DNA of 64,000 nucleotides, taken from assembly GCF_057098645.1 (NCBI RefSeq), contig NZ_CM169472.1. One strand, 5' to 3'. Every line of letters starts with the position of its first letter. Position 1 is the stretch's first letter. Made by a program: the position numbers and the translations under genes. The notes beneath the pieces were generated by a model. It was not told the origin of the DNA and made no database searches. It was given only the letters and a program-made list of their open reading frames with translations. This document shows, one piece after another, positions 47,991-59,046 of this stretch.

Positions 47991-48158
47991 TGTTTATTTC
48001 CTCTGTTTCCAGTTGCGTTATTTTTTCTACAGCAAAGAAATTTCGATCGGGCGGATGATTGAATCTTAACAACAGCGTACGTATGCTAAATATGAGAAAT
48101 CTCATAGCGGATAAACATCGTGAAAGAAATCCACAATAATGATCTTAAGCAGCAATTG

Positions 48159-48818
48159 ATGAGTGAATCCGCGTTTAAGGATTGCTTTTTAACGGATGTT
48201 TCAGCCGATACGCGGCTGTTTCATTTTTTAGCGCGTGACTACATTGTGCAGGAAGGGCAACAGCCGTCCTGGCTGTATTACCTGACGCGAGGCCGCGCCA
48301 GGCTTTACGCCACGCTAGCTAATGGTCGCGTGTCGCTGATCGATTTCTTTGCTGCCCCCTGTTTTATTGGCGAGATTGAGTTAATCGATAAAGACCATGA
48401 ACCGCGTGCAGTACAGGCGATTGAAGAGTGTTGGTGCCTTGCGCTCCCTATGAAACATTACCGTCCGCTGTTATTAAACGACACCCTATTTTTACGAAAA
48501 CTTTGCGTCACCTTAAGTCATAAAAATTATCGTAATATTGTTTCTTTAACTCAGAATCAATCATTTCCGTTAGTGAATCGCCTGGCAGCATTTATATTAC
48601 TCTCACAAGAAGGTGATCTTTATCACGAAAAGCATACGCAAGCGGCAGAGTATTTAGGCGTTTCTTATCGACATCTTTTATATGTTCTCGCGCAATTCAT
48701 TCACGACGGTTTATTAATTAAAAGCAAGAAAGGATATCTCATTAAAAACAGAAAGCAGTTGTCAGGGTTGGCGCTGGAGATGGACCCGGAGAATAAATTC
48801 TCCGGGATGATGCAGTAA
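48159..48818 (+). CDS. yeiL: CRP/FNR-family transcriptional regulator
   Basis: cNMP-binding-like N-terminus and C-terminal HTH. Start ambiguous: GTG at 48120 (ORF track) or ATG at 48159. Confidence 0.75.
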   Translation: MSESAFKDCFLTDVSADTRLFHFLARDYIVQEGQQPSWLYYLTRGRARLYATLANGRVSLIDFFAAPCFIGEIELIDKDHEPRAVQAIEECWCLALPMKHYRPLLLNDTLFLRKLCVTLSHKNYRNIVSLTQNQSFPLVNRLAAFILLSQEGDLYHEKHTQAAEYLGVSYRHLLYVLAQFIHDGLLIKSKKGYLIKNRKQLSGLALEMDPENKFSGMMQ

Positions 48819-48837
48819 AAATTATTTGCAATAGCGC

Positions 48838-48881
48838 GATTGCCGGATGCAACGCTTAATAAGCGAGTACATCCGGCAATG
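48838..48881. terminator. Hairpin between convergent yeiL and psuT
   Basis: Perfect 10-bp stem ttgccggatg/catccggcaa. Homologous to the hairpin 3' of nupX. Confidence 0.45.
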
Positions 48882-48885
48882 AAAC

Positions 48886-50136
48886 TCAAGCTAAACCAAT
48901 AAAGAACCCGGCAATGGTCGCGCTCATCAGGTTGGAAAGCGTTGCTGCTGCCAGCGCCCGTAAACCAAGCTGGGCGATTTCCGGAGCACGTTTTGGCGAA
49001 ATAGCCGAAAATGCCCCAACGACAACACCGATAGAACCAAAGTTAGCAAAACCACAAAGCGCAAAGGAGATAATCGCAATGGTTTTCACTTCCAGCGTGC
49101 CGCCCGTTTGCAGGTATGGGGAGAAACTCAGGTAAGCGACGAATTCGTTAATCGCCAGTTTCTGCCCAATCAGGCTACCCGCAAGGTTGGCATCACTCCA
49201 GTCCACACCCATGATCCACGCCAGCGGTGCCAGCACATAGCCAAAAATACTTTCCAGAGAGGCATTGGCAAAACCAAACCAGCCGCCAATTCCGCCAATA
49301 ATGCCATTAATCAGCGCAATAATTGCGACAAACGCCATGACCACCGTCGCCACACCGGCGGCGATTTTCAACCCGGTCATCGCACCGCTCGCCGCCGCTT
49401 CGATAAAGCTTTTTGGCGGCGTTTCGCTGAACGACAGATTTTCAAACGTGACCTGCGAAGGCTCGGTTGCCGGACTAAGAATACGTGCAAACAAAATACC
49501 GCCGGGGATCGCCATCAGCGATGCCGCCAACAGGTAGTCAATTGGTACGCCCATTCCGGCATAACCAATCATCATCGAACCCGCAATGGACGCCATCCCG
49601 CTACAAATAGCCGTAAACAACTCGTTGCGATTCATGCGATCGATAAACGGTTTAACGATCGCCGGGATCTCATTTTGCCCGAGGAAAATAGTGGTAACCG
49701 CAACAAAAGATTCGATTTTGCTGATGTTGAGGGCTTTCTGGAAAATGCTGCCAAGGATGCGAATCAGCAGCCCCATCACGCCAATGTAGTACAGCAGACT
49801 AATGAGCGCAGTGACGAAGATAATCGCCGGGAGTACGCGAAAGGCGAAGATAAAGCCTGCGCCATCAAACAGGACATCCATTTTCGGCCCGACCAATGAA
49901 CCAAAAATAAAGGCACTGCCGGCGTCACTGTAAGACATCACTTTATGAACGCCTAATGCCGCCTGTTCTACTGCCCATTTTCCCGGCGGAAAATAGAGCA
50001 TGATGCCACCAATAGCGATTTGCAGCAGCAGTGCGGCTCCAACCGTGCGCAAACTGATGCTCTTTTTATTTACCGACAACAGAAATGCTATTGCCAGTAA
50101 CACCACCATCCCCACAACACTTCTCATTATATCCAT
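48886..50136 (-). CDS. psuT: Putative pseudouridine/nucleoside transporter (CNT family)
   Basis: 416 aa, paralogue of nupX. First gene downstream of psuG/psuK on the same strand. Confidence 0.88.
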   Translation of the reverse strand: MDIMRSVVGMVVLLAIAFLLSVNKKSISLRTVGAALLLQIAIGGIMLYFPPGKWAVEQAALGVHKVMSYSDAGSAFIFGSLVGPKMDVLFDGAGFIFAFRVLPAIIFVTALISLLYYIGVMGLLIRILGSIFQKALNISKIESFVAVTTIFLGQNEIPAIVKPFIDRMNRNELFTAICSGMASIAGSMMIGYAGMGVPIDYLLAASLMAIPGGILFARILSPATEPSQVTFENLSFSETPPKSFIEAAASGAMTGLKIAAGVATVVMAFVAIIALINGIIGGIGGWFGFANASLESIFGYVLAPLAWIMGVDWSDANLAGSLIGQKLAINEFVAYLSFSPYLQTGGTLEVKTIAIISFALCGFANFGSIGVVVGAFSAISPKRAPEIAQLGLRALAAATLSNLMSATIAGFFIGLA

Positions 50137-50229
50137 AATGATTTTCCCTTCATGCCAGTAAACCCGGCGTCAGCGCCAGGTTTCGGTATGTATGATCAGT
50201 ACGGGCGACGGCTTTCTGCCCGTCAGAAA

Positions 50230-51168
50230 TTAACCCGCGAGACGCTGATATTCTTTGGCAATTTCGCTCGCCAGAATGGCGTTGTTGAACACCAGCTGGA
50301 TGTTGGATTTCAGGCTGTCACCGCCGGTCAGCTCAGCAACGCGCGCCAGCAGGAATGGCGTACTTTCTTTACCAATAACACCCTGCGCTTCAGCTTCAGC
50401 TACCGCCTGATCGATCGCCGCATTGATAGTGTGTTCCGGCATAGCAAACTGTTGCGGGATCGGGTTCGCTACCACGAGGCCACCGTTCAGCCCGCTTTGC
50501 CATTTCACCGCCATTGCACGGGCAATTTCGCTGGCGCTGTCGAGACGAATGCTGACGTCAAACGGGCTGGTGCGGCAGAAAAACGCAGGCAGCGCTTTAG
50601 TCTGATAGCCAATTAACGGCACACCGAAGGTTTCTAAATACTCAGTGGTTAATCCTAAATCGAGAATAGATTTCGCCCCGGCACAAACAACGGTGACATT
50701 AGTATTTGCCAGTTCTTGCAAATCGGCAGAAATATCGAAGGTATGTTCCGCCCCGCGATGCACACCACCAATTCCCCCGGTGGCAAATACTTTAATTCCG
50801 GCAAGCGCCGCAATAATCATCGTTGAAGCCACAGTGGTTGCGCCATTTTTTCCGGCGGCAACAACAAAAGGTAAATCGCGACGACTAACTTTGGTCACGT
50901 TATGCCCTTCACGACCCAGTAATTCAATTTCTTCTTTGCTTAAACCCACTTTCATCACGCCGCCAATAATGGCGATAGTGGCAGGTACTGCGCCCTGTTT
51001 ACGAATAGTTTCTTCTACTTCAATTGCGGTCTGGGCATTTTGTGGGAACGGCATCCCGTGAGAAATAATGGTCGATTCCAGCGCCACAACCGGTTTTTTG
51101 TTTTTTAAAGCGTCCTGCACTTCCGGGGAAATTTGTAATAATTCAGGGGAAATTTTTAATTCAGACAT
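50230..51168 (-). CDS. psuG: Pseudouridine-5'-phosphate glycosidase
   Basis: 312-aa translation MSELKISPELLQISPEVQDALKNKKPVVALESTIISHGMP... recognised as the IndA/PsuG family. Confidence 0.9.
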   Translation of the reverse strand: MSELKISPELLQISPEVQDALKNKKPVVALESTIISHGMPFPQNAQTAIEVEETIRKQGAVPATIAIIGGVMKVGLSKEEIELLGREGHNVTKVSRRDLPFVVAAGKNGATTVASTMIIAALAGIKVFATGGIGGVHRGAEHTFDISADLQELANTNVTVVCAGAKSILDLGLTTEYLETFGVPLIGYQTKALPAFFCRTSPFDVSIRLDSASEIARAMAVKWQSGLNGGLVVANPIPQQFAMPEHTINAAIDQAVAEAEAQGVIGKESTPFLLARVAELTGGDSLKSNIQLVFNNAILASEIAKEYQRLAG

Positions 51169-52097
51169 TCTGCGTTCTCCACTAACGATATAACGTTGGC
51201 AATCGATAAATCGGGGTTATTGGTGTATTCACAGGAGAGCGCCATTGACGAACATCCCTGTGCGAAACGAACAGATTCGGCAAACGGCATTCCGTCTACC
51301 CAACACGAAGCAAGTCCCGCCATCATGGCATCGCCCGCTCCGGTAACATTAATAACATTGGTTTTGATCGAGCCAGACCAGCCACTTTCACCGCTGATTT
51401 CACTGTAATAAACGCCATCGCCGCCCATGCTCAATACCAGTCGGTTCAGGCCATGTTGATGGAACCAGGCAGCAACTTTTGCCACATCTTCACGCCCTGA
51501 CAGCGCAATCCCACTCAGGGTTTCCGCTTCAAGGCGGTTTGGCTTCAGAGTGTGGATCTGATTTAGACGGTCGCGCACTTTGACACATTTCCACGCTGAA
51601 ACCGGATCGACAAATACGGGTACGTTGGCAGCATTATCCAGAATCCATGCCAGTGCCTCTTCACTGATATTACAGTCCGCGACAATGACCTTTGCCCTCT
51701 GAATAAATTCACGGTGCTGTGCGAGATATTCAGCTGTAATAGCGTTGCTAATATTCATGTCATTTATAGCAACCAGCATTTCACCGGTATTATCGAGTAA
51801 TGATAAATAGCTCGACGTATTTTCTCCCGGCACAATCAGGCATTTATCGACATAAACGCCAGATTGATTGGTTTGCGTTAGCAGCGATTGTCCATAAAAA
51901 TCACTGCCTACGGCGCTCAGTAGCCAGGCTTTATTACCCAGCAACGCCAGGTTTTGTGCAATATTGCGCCCTACCCCACCAGGCGTAAATTTTATTTTAC
52001 CTGGATTTGAATCCGCATAATTTAATGATTCATGTGAATATCCGGCGACATCAATATTCGCCGAGCCTATAATTACGACATAATCCTTTTCGCGCAT
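51156..52097 (-). CDS. psuK: Pseudouridine kinase (PfkB family)
   Basis: Ribokinase-like fold with C-terminal GAGDA motif. Overlaps the psuG start. Confidence 0.9.
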   Translation of the reverse strand: MREKDYVVIIGSANIDVAGYSHESLNYADSNPGKIKFTPGGVGRNIAQNLALLGNKAWLLSAVGSDFYGQSLLTQTNQSGVYVDKCLIVPGENTSSYLSLLDNTGEMLVAINDMNISNAITAEYLAQHREFIQRAKVIVADCNISEEALAWILDNAANVPVFVDPVSAWKCVKVRDRLNQIHTLKPNRLEAETLSGIALSGREDVAKVAAWFHQHGLNRLVLSMGGDGVYYSEISGESGWSGSIKTNVINVTGAGDAMMAGLASCWVDGMPFAESVRFAQGCSSMALSCEYTNNPDLSIANVISLVENAECLN

Positions 52098-52336
52098 AGC
52101 ACGTCCTCTGGTAAAAAATTACCAACCCTGTCAATCCACAAGAATATAGATACTGCAAAGACGGTTTAAACATGTGTTCATATTTAAACATGTGCTCATA
52201 GTATGCATGTTTTACGTAAAGTAAATTGCCGCCAGAGAGGCAAAGCGGGCAGATTTGAGCAGGCTCACAAAATGCGATTAAATGCCTGAATTACAAAAGC
52301 GAGGAATTTGTGACGGGATGCACAGAACATGAACAC

Positions 52337-52363
52337 TAAAAAAGGGCAGAAAAGAATCTGCCC
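52337..52363 (-). terminator. Rho-independent terminator downstream of fruA
   Basis: Stem gggcaga/tctgccc with a 6-A run on the + strand (T-run on the minus transcript). A second hairpin lies at 52483..52507. Confidence 0.5.
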
Positions 52364-52520
52364 TTGAGGAAATAACCTTAGTGTTTGATGAACGTTTCAG
52401 GTTTCTACTGAAAGATAAAACCATTTAAATTCATAAAATTACATTCACAAACCGGTCATTCTCTTTGCGCTCATCCAATGATACAGGGCAGTAAATTTCT
52501 GCCCTGTAACACACCTTTTA

Positions 52521-54212
52521 TTACGCGGCTTTCACTACTGCGTCCACTTCCGGACGTTTCAGGAAGGCATAGGCCAAACCCGCCACCAGCGTACCGGCAA
52601 TAATTGCTACCAGGTAACCCAGTACCGGCGTAATAGCGCCAGGGATCAGCAGAACAAACAGACCACCGTGCGGTGCCATCAGTTTCGCACCAATCGCCAT
52701 TGAGATTGCGCCAGTCAGCGCCCCACCAACGATACAACACGGCAGCACACGCATCGGATCACGAGCAGCAAACGGAATTGCACCTTCCGAAATAAAGCAC
52801 AGACCAAGAACCAGAGCGGCTTTGCCACCTTCCTGCTGCGCTTTGTCGAATTTGCGACGCGCCACCATTGTTGCCAGACCCATTGCCAGCGGTGGCACCA
52901 TACCTGCCGCCATAATCGCCGCCATCGGGCCATAGGTTTGAGTACTCAGCAGACCCACACCGAATGCGTACGCTGCTTTATTTACCGGACCGCCCATGTC
53001 AGTACACATCATGCCACCGAGGATCGCCCCCAGCAGAACCGCATTCGCAGTCCCCATGGTCTGCAGCCAGTGAGTCAACCCTTCGAGAATGCCAGCAACC
53101 GGTTTACCGATCAGGTAGATCATCGCCAGACCGACCACCAGACTGGAAATTAGCGGAATGATCAGGATCGGTTTCAGCGCCTCCATACTCTGTGGCAGTT
53201 TCAGTTGCGTACTGATTAACTTCGCAATGTAACCAGCCAGGAAGCCCGCAATAATACCGCCAATGAAGCCAGAACCGGTGCTGACCGCCAGCATACCGCC
53301 AATCAGACCCGGCGTGAGACCCGGACGATCGGCAATGGAGAAGGCAATGTAACCTGCCAGTACCGGCACCATCAGCGCAAAGGCTGAACCACCACCAATC
53401 TGCATCAGCGCCGCTGCCAACGTACCCGGCTCTTTAAACGCTTCGATACCAAAAGCAAAAGAAAGCGCGATACACAGACCACCTGCTACGACCATCGGCA
53501 GCATGTAAGAGACGCCCGTCAGCAAGTGACGGTATGCGCCTGCACTCTCTTTCTTACCTTCAGAGGTCGCCGTTTGAGCTTTGCCCGCCGGTTCATACGG
53601 CGTTGCTTCAGCAACCGCTTTATCCAGTTCCTGCGCGGTTTTCTTCAGCGCCAGACCGGTAGAGGTACGATACATCGGTTTACCAGCAAATTTCGCCAGA
53701 TCCACTTCGATATCTGCCGCCACAATCACCAGATCCGCTGCGGCTACTTCTTCGGGGGTGATTGCATTACCCGCACCAACAGAACCACGGGTTTCAACTT
53801 TCACCCACCAGCCACGTTTTTTCGCTTCGGTTTCAATGGCTTCAGCCGCCATAAAGGTGTGTGCTACGCCAGTCGGGCAAGCAGTCACCGCAACTACGCG
53901 TTTCGGACCGCTGGCGGCAACCGGTGCTGTCGCAGCGACCGGCGCAGTGTAAGGTTTCGCATGGCCTTTGGCTTCACTCAGGAACAGCTCAGGGTGCGCA
54001 ACTGCCCGGGAAATATCGCCCAGCCAGACATTTTTACCGTTCAGCGCGCTGTCATTCGGGATGGAATCACCGAGAACAATCGCCATTTCTGCGTCGTTCG
54101 GATTGTCGATGATTTCCAGTTTTGCTTTTCGCGCCGCCGCGCCCAGCAGGGTCTTCGCCATATAGGCGCGTGCCTGACCGAGATTAGCGTCAATAATCAG
54201 CAGCGTTTTCAT
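52521..54212 (-). CDS. fruA: PTS fructose-specific EIIB'BC component
   Basis: 563 aa with N-terminal IIB-like domains and C-terminal polytopic IIC domain. Confidence 0.92.
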   Translation of the reverse strand: MKTLLIIDANLGQARAYMAKTLLGAAARKAKLEIIDNPNDAEMAIVLGDSIPNDSALNGKNVWLGDISRAVAHPELFLSEAKGHAKPYTAPVAATAPVAASGPKRVVAVTACPTGVAHTFMAAEAIETEAKKRGWWVKVETRGSVGAGNAITPEEVAAADLVIVAADIEVDLAKFAGKPMYRTSTGLALKKTAQELDKAVAEATPYEPAGKAQTATSEGKKESAGAYRHLLTGVSYMLPMVVAGGLCIALSFAFGIEAFKEPGTLAAALMQIGGGSAFALMVPVLAGYIAFSIADRPGLTPGLIGGMLAVSTGSGFIGGIIAGFLAGYIAKLISTQLKLPQSMEALKPILIIPLISSLVVGLAMIYLIGKPVAGILEGLTHWLQTMGTANAVLLGAILGGMMCTDMGGPVNKAAYAFGVGLLSTQTYGPMAAIMAAGMVPPLAMGLATMVARRKFDKAQQEGGKAALVLGLCFISEGAIPFAARDPMRVLPCCIVGGALTGAISMAIGAKLMAPHGGLFVLLIPGAITPVLGYLVAIIAGTLVAGLAYAFLKRPEVDAVVKAA

Positions 54213-54228
54213 TATGCCTCTCCTGCTG

Positions 54229-55167
54229 TCAGTTAAAAGGTTGTAAGTCGACGCGCGCCATCATTGCGGCCAACTGCGGACGATCGGTAATACCCACATT
54301 GCTTTGACTTACCGCCAGGGCTGCAACAGCAGTCGCCAGACGCAGTGTGTGTTCACTGGATTCACGCATTAGCAAGCCATAAATCAGGCCACCAACCATA
54401 GAATCCCCTGCGCCAACGGTGCTTACGACATCGACTGACGGTGGTTTGGCGATCCATTCGCCGGAGGCATTAACCCAAAGCGCGCCTTCGGCACCCAGTG
54501 AAATAACGACATGCGCAATACCTTGTTCACGCAGCGCATGCGCAGCTTCAATCACATCTTTCATTTCAGGCAGTTTACGGCCTGCCCAGATTTCCAGCTC
54601 GCGGCGGTTAGGTTTCACCAGCCACGGTGCCGCTTTCAAACCTGCTACTAACGCTTCACGGCTACTATCAAAGATAATGCAAGGGCACTGACTACGCAGG
54701 CGAGTCATCCAGTCGGTGAACGCTTCCGGGCTGACGCCTGACGGTAAGCTTCCGCTGACACAGACCATATCGAACTGACCGAGCCAGCTCAGAGAATCAG
54801 TCACAAAGCGTTCCCAGTCGGCGGGAGTGACTTCAAAACCCGAGAAGTTGAAGTCGGTCACTTCGCCGTCTTTTTCCGTCAGCTTAACGTTAATTCGGGT
54901 GCGCCCCTGTACAACCTGGAAACGGTTGGCAATGCCCAGCTCGCTGAACAGTTGCTGAAAACCATCCTGATTGTCTTTACCCAGGAAGCCGCCAACGGTG
55001 ACATCAATTCCCAGGTCTTTTAATACTTTGGCCACGTTGATGCCTTTACCCGCCGCATGCAGACCGGTGGTTTTCACCAGGTTCACTTCGCCGCGTTCAA
55101 TTTCCGGGCAGAAACCAACAAGGTCATAAGCCGGATTAAGGGTGATAGTAGCAACACGTCTGCTCAT
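54229..55167 (-). CDS. fruK: 1-phosphofructokinase
   Basis: 312-aa PfkB-family kinase between fruB and fruA. Confidence 0.92.
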   Translation of the reverse strand: MSRRVATITLNPAYDLVGFCPEIERGEVNLVKTTGLHAAGKGINVAKVLKDLGIDVTVGGFLGKDNQDGFQQLFSELGIANRFQVVQGRTRINVKLTEKDGEVTDFNFSGFEVTPADWERFVTDSLSWLGQFDMVCVSGSLPSGVSPEAFTDWMTRLRSQCPCIIFDSSREALVAGLKAAPWLVKPNRRELEIWAGRKLPEMKDVIEAAHALREQGIAHVVISLGAEGALWVNASGEWIAKPPSVDVVSTVGAGDSMVGGLIYGLLMRESSEHTLRLATAVAALAVSQSNVGITDRPQLAAMMARVDLQPFN

Positions 55168-56297
55168 TATGCGCCCTCCCCAAGACCAGCAGCGATAGCG
55201 TCGCCGATTGCTTTCAGCGCCTGTTCAGCATCTGCACCCTGGGCGGTAAAGCGTAGGCGATGACCTTTCTTAACGCCAAGTGCCACAACTTTCATCAGAC
55301 TACGTCCGTTTGCCGGTTTGCCGGTGCCATCAAGATTTGTCACGGTAATATCACTGTTAAATTGTTTAATGGTATTGACCAGCATGGTACCTGGACGAGC
55401 ATGCAAGCCGTGTTCATTGCGCACCACAAACTCCGCGCTTAACACGTCGTCGGTCGGCGCATCATCGCTGGTCAGCAGCGCCAGCAACGTTGCCGCATCC
55501 GCTTTCAGCAAGCGGTCAGCTTTATTGTCGAGCAACAAATCAGCGAGACGCTTAAGAACCGCAATGGGCTGATCGTCATTCATCGCCACACTCACCAGCA
55601 TGGCTGCCGTTTCGCCGTCCACATCAAAAGCATTTGCCGCACGGCTTACCGCAATCGCGCTACGCAGATTGCCTTCGGCGCTATCGCTCAGCCAGATACC
55701 CTGTCCGAGATTCAGCGGTTGTTCATTGATGGCTTTGGTGACGAAAGAGGCGTCAACTGCCCCCGCCTCTTTCAGACGCGCAGCGTTCAGCGCCTGAAGA
55801 GTCAGCAGATCGCTGGCGACGATATCCAGCGTCAGCATTTCGTTGTCGAGCTTCAACTGCTCACTCTGCTTTTCGCCCATCAGCAATGCGCGAAGTTCTT
55901 CTGCTGTTGTTGCTGACTTCAGTTGTTCAGCAACGGAATCATCGCTCAGTACGTGGGTCAGCTGGCGTAGCAGGCCCAGATGCTCATCCGAGCTGGCAGC
56001 AATACCGATCGCTACGTACGCTACCTGACCGTCACCCCAGGTGACGCCTTCCGGGAACTGAAATACCTGAACGCCGGTTTTCAGCACCTGATCGCGGGTG
56101 TCGGTAGTGCCGTGTGGAATAGCAATACCATTGCCGAGGAACGTTGAGGTTTGCTGTTCGCGCGCCAGCATGCCATTGACGTAGCCTTCTGCTACATTAC
56201 CGGCCTGCACCAGCGCCGCAGCGACCTGGCGAATCGCCTCTTCTTTGTCTCCGGCCTTTTCGCCCGGATGGATGTCCTGTACGGATAACTGGAACAT
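55167..56297 (-). CDS. fruB: PTS fructose-specific EIIA/FPr (HPr-like) multidomain protein
   Basis: 376 aa with C-terminal HPr-like domain carrying the phospho-His motif GLHARPG. Confidence 0.92.
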   Translation of the reverse strand: MFQLSVQDIHPGEKAGDKEEAIRQVAAALVQAGNVAEGYVNGMLAREQQTSTFLGNGIAIPHGTTDTRDQVLKTGVQVFQFPEGVTWGDGQVAYVAIGIAASSDEHLGLLRQLTHVLSDDSVAEQLKSATTAEELRALLMGEKQSEQLKLDNEMLTLDIVASDLLTLQALNAARLKEAGAVDASFVTKAINEQPLNLGQGIWLSDSAEGNLRSAIAVSRAANAFDVDGETAAMLVSVAMNDDQPIAVLKRLADLLLDNKADRLLKADAATLLALLTSDDAPTDDVLSAEFVVRNEHGLHARPGTMLVNTIKQFNSDITVTNLDGTGKPANGRSLMKVVALGVKKGHRLRFTAQGADAEQALKAIGDAIAAGLGEGA

Positions 56298-56311
56298 AGT
56301 TCTCCTCTCCT

Positions 56312-56332
56312 GCTGAATTGAAACGATTCAGC
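56312..56332. promoter_or_regulatory. Cra (FruR) operator, promoter-proximal
   Basis: Palindrome gctgaattgaaacgattcagc 15 nt upstream of the fruB start codon. Confidence 0.55.
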
Positions 56333-56385
56333 TTCTATGAGAAAAAAAGCGCCAACCTGGCTTAGGGTTAAAGACAAGATCGCGC

Positions 56386-56397
56386 TGAAACGTTTCA
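56386..56397. promoter_or_regulatory. Cra (FruR) operator, distal
   Basis: Perfect palindrome TGAAACGTTTCA in the fruBKA upstream region. Confidence 0.6.
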
Positions 56398-56664
56398 AGA
56401 AAGCATAATACTTCTGTTTCAGCACGCAAGGAAAGCCGTAAAGTTATGAGCAAAAGTTTGATGTGCTGCACAATTTTTTGTCATTTTTCCGAATTGCTGA
56501 TGGGAAAATCCGTTATCAGCAATTTCATTTCAGCAGCGTCAGCAGCCAATCAGCAACAGTGAAATGGCATTTTGATTATTCGTGGCGCTTTTGATTTCGC
56601 TGTCTGTTTATTTTCTGACAAGCAGCGTAAACTCCGCGTCTTCCTCTTCCAGTGATCGACCAGC

Positions 56665-57846
56665 ATGCATAACTCCCCCGCAGTCTCCAGCGCGAAATCG
56701 TTTGACCTGACCTCGACGGCGTTTTTAATCGTTGCCTTTCTCACCGGTATTGCGGGCGCTCTGCAAACCCCGACACTCAGTATTTTTCTTACCGATGAAG
56801 TACATGCCCGTCCGGCGATGGTGGGATTCTTCTTTACCGGCAGCGCTGTCATTGGGATTCTGGTGAGTCAGTTTCTCGCCGGGCGCTCTGATAAGCGCGG
56901 CGATCGCAAATCGCTGATTGTCTTTTGCTGCCTGTTAGGCGTGCTGGCCTGCACCCTTTTTGCCTGGAATCGCAACTACTTTGTTTTGCTATTCGTTGGC
57001 GTCTTTCTTAGCAGCTTTGGCTCGACCGCTAACCCGCAAATGTTTGCCCTTGCCCGTGAACATGCCGACAAAACCGGACGTGAGGCGGTGATGTTCAGCT
57101 CTTTTTTACGCGCTCAGGTTTCACTGGCATGGGTCATTGGCCCACCGCTGGCTTATGCCTTAGCGATGGGTTTCAGCTTTACGGTAATGTATCTGAGCGC
57201 AGCGGTAGCGTTTATTGTTTGCGGCGTGATGGTGTGGCTGTTTTTACCGTCGATGCAAAAAGAGCTTCCGCTGGCGACCGGCACGGTTGAAGCGCCGCGC
57301 CGTAACCGTCGCGATACGCTGCTGCTGTTTGTCATTTGTACATTGATGTGGGGCTCGAACAGTCTGTACATCATCAACATGCCGCTATTTATAATCAACG
57401 AACTGCATCTTCCCGAGAAACTGGCCGGTGTGATGATGGGGACCGCCGCCGGGCTGGAAATCCCGACCATGTTGATTGCCGGATATTTTGCCAAACGTCT
57501 GGGTAAGCGTTTCTTAATGCGCGTTGCTGCCGTGGGTGGCGTCTGTTTTTACGCAGGAATGCTGATGGCGCATTCACCTGCCATTCTGTTGGGCTTGCAG
57601 CTGCTAAATGCTATTTTTATTGGCATTCTGGGCGGCATCGGGATGCTCTATTTTCAGGATTTGATGCCCGGTCAGGCAGGTTCAGCCACCACGCTCTATA
57701 CCAACACGTCGCGCGTGGGCTGGATCATCGCAGGATCTGTAGCGGGCATCGTCGCCGAGATCTGGAATTATCACGCTGTGTTCTGGTTTGCGATGGTGAT
57801 GATTATCGCCACTCTGTTTTGCTTACTGCGGATTAAAGATGTTTAA
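56665..57846 (+). CDS. setB: MFS sugar efflux transporter
   Basis: 393-aa 12-TM MFS transporter, divergent from fruBKA. Confidence 0.88.
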
Positions 57847-58097
57847 GGCGCGGTCAGCATTTCCAGATCGATAAGCCAGGTCATTGCCTGCTGACGCGAG
57901 TTACCGCACATTTCAGCGCTGGCTTGTAAGCCTGCACAGACTTTCGGCCGCAGTGGCGAGGTGAAAATTTTACAGCGTTGCTGTTCATCAAGCTGAATGC
58001 AGGGCGTATTGGCGGGCTTGCCATCTGGCATGCCGGGAATAGGGCTGGAAATTGAAGGGGCAGTGCAACACGCCCCGCAACCCGGACGGCATTCCAT
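57843..58097 (-). CDS. yeiW: Cysteine-rich small protein (84 aa)
   Basis: Internal ATG giving [26 protein letters not shown]... with 8 Cys. The ORF track extends it to 128 aa, so the start is ambiguous. Confidence 0.55.
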
Positions 58098-58251
58098 ACG
58101 TTGTTCTCTTAAGGTTAACCACCGGATTGATGAGCGCGCACAGTACCACCTTTTTTGCACCAGCAAAAGTGCGAATACCACTTGCCCGAAAGGCCCGTCG
58201 CGAGTACTTTGTCGCGATATTTTTGACATTTTCGACTACAGGAATTTTTCG

Positions 58252-58824
58252 ATGCCAAGAGCGAACGAAATTAAAAAAGGTATGGTACTGAATTACAACG
58301 GCAAACTGCTGCTGGTTAAGGACATTGATATTCAGTCGCCCACTGCCCGCGGTGCCGCTACGCTGTACAAAATGCGTTTTTCTGATGTCCGTACCGGGCT
58401 GAAAGTAGAAGAGCGTTTCAAAGGAGATGATATCGTTGACACCGTGACGCTGACCCGCCGTTACGTTGACTTCTCCTATGTCGATGGCAACGAATATGTC
58501 TTTATGGATAAAGAAGACTATACCCCGTATACCTTCACCAAAGATCAGATTGAAGAAGAGTTGCTGTTTATGCCAGAGGGCGGCATGCCGGACATGCAGG
58601 TGCTGACCTGGGACGGTCAACTGCTGGCGCTTGAGCTGCCGCAGACCGTTGATCTGGAAATCGTTGAAACTGCACCAGGCATCAAAGGGGCATCTGCCAG
58701 CGCCCGTAACAAACCGGCGACATTGAGCACTGGTCTGGTGATTCAGGTACCAGAATACTTAAGCCCGGGCGAAAAAATTCGTATCCATATCGAAGAACGC
58801 CGTTATATGGGGCGTGCTGACTAA
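58252..58824 (+). CDS. yeiP: Elongation factor P paralogue
   Basis: 190-aa translation [30 protein letters not shown]... is EF-P-like. ATG at 58252 fits the known length. Confidence 0.88.
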
Positions 58825-58844
58825 CTTCAGCCGCATGCAGAAAA

Positions 58845-58870
58845 GGGATAGCTCAGGCTGTCCCTTTTTT
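58845..58870 (+). terminator. Rho-independent terminator of yeiP
   Basis: Stem gggatagc/gctgtccc (one mismatch) followed by TTTTTT about 20 nt after the stop. Confidence 0.5.
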
Positions 58871-59046
58871 AATTTATTATACCAATCTTCTATTTTGCGC
58901 TTCCTGAACACCTTACGCCCGCAATATTCACTCGTTGATTGATCGCCCTCACACTTCATCACATTAACAATCCAGACCAATTTCAATTGCTGTCATATAA
59001 CTTTACACTGTCATTGTTAATTAATCGTTACTAAGACGTGACTCCT

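Noticed and set aside
49108-49899. 263-aa ORF on the + strand
   Set aside because: Antisense within psuT. Extremely Arg/His/Asn-rich, which is a hallmark of a non-coding frame.
53526-54236. 236-aa ORF on the + strand
   Set aside because: Antisense within fruA. Cys/Arg/Phe-rich, low-complexity composition.
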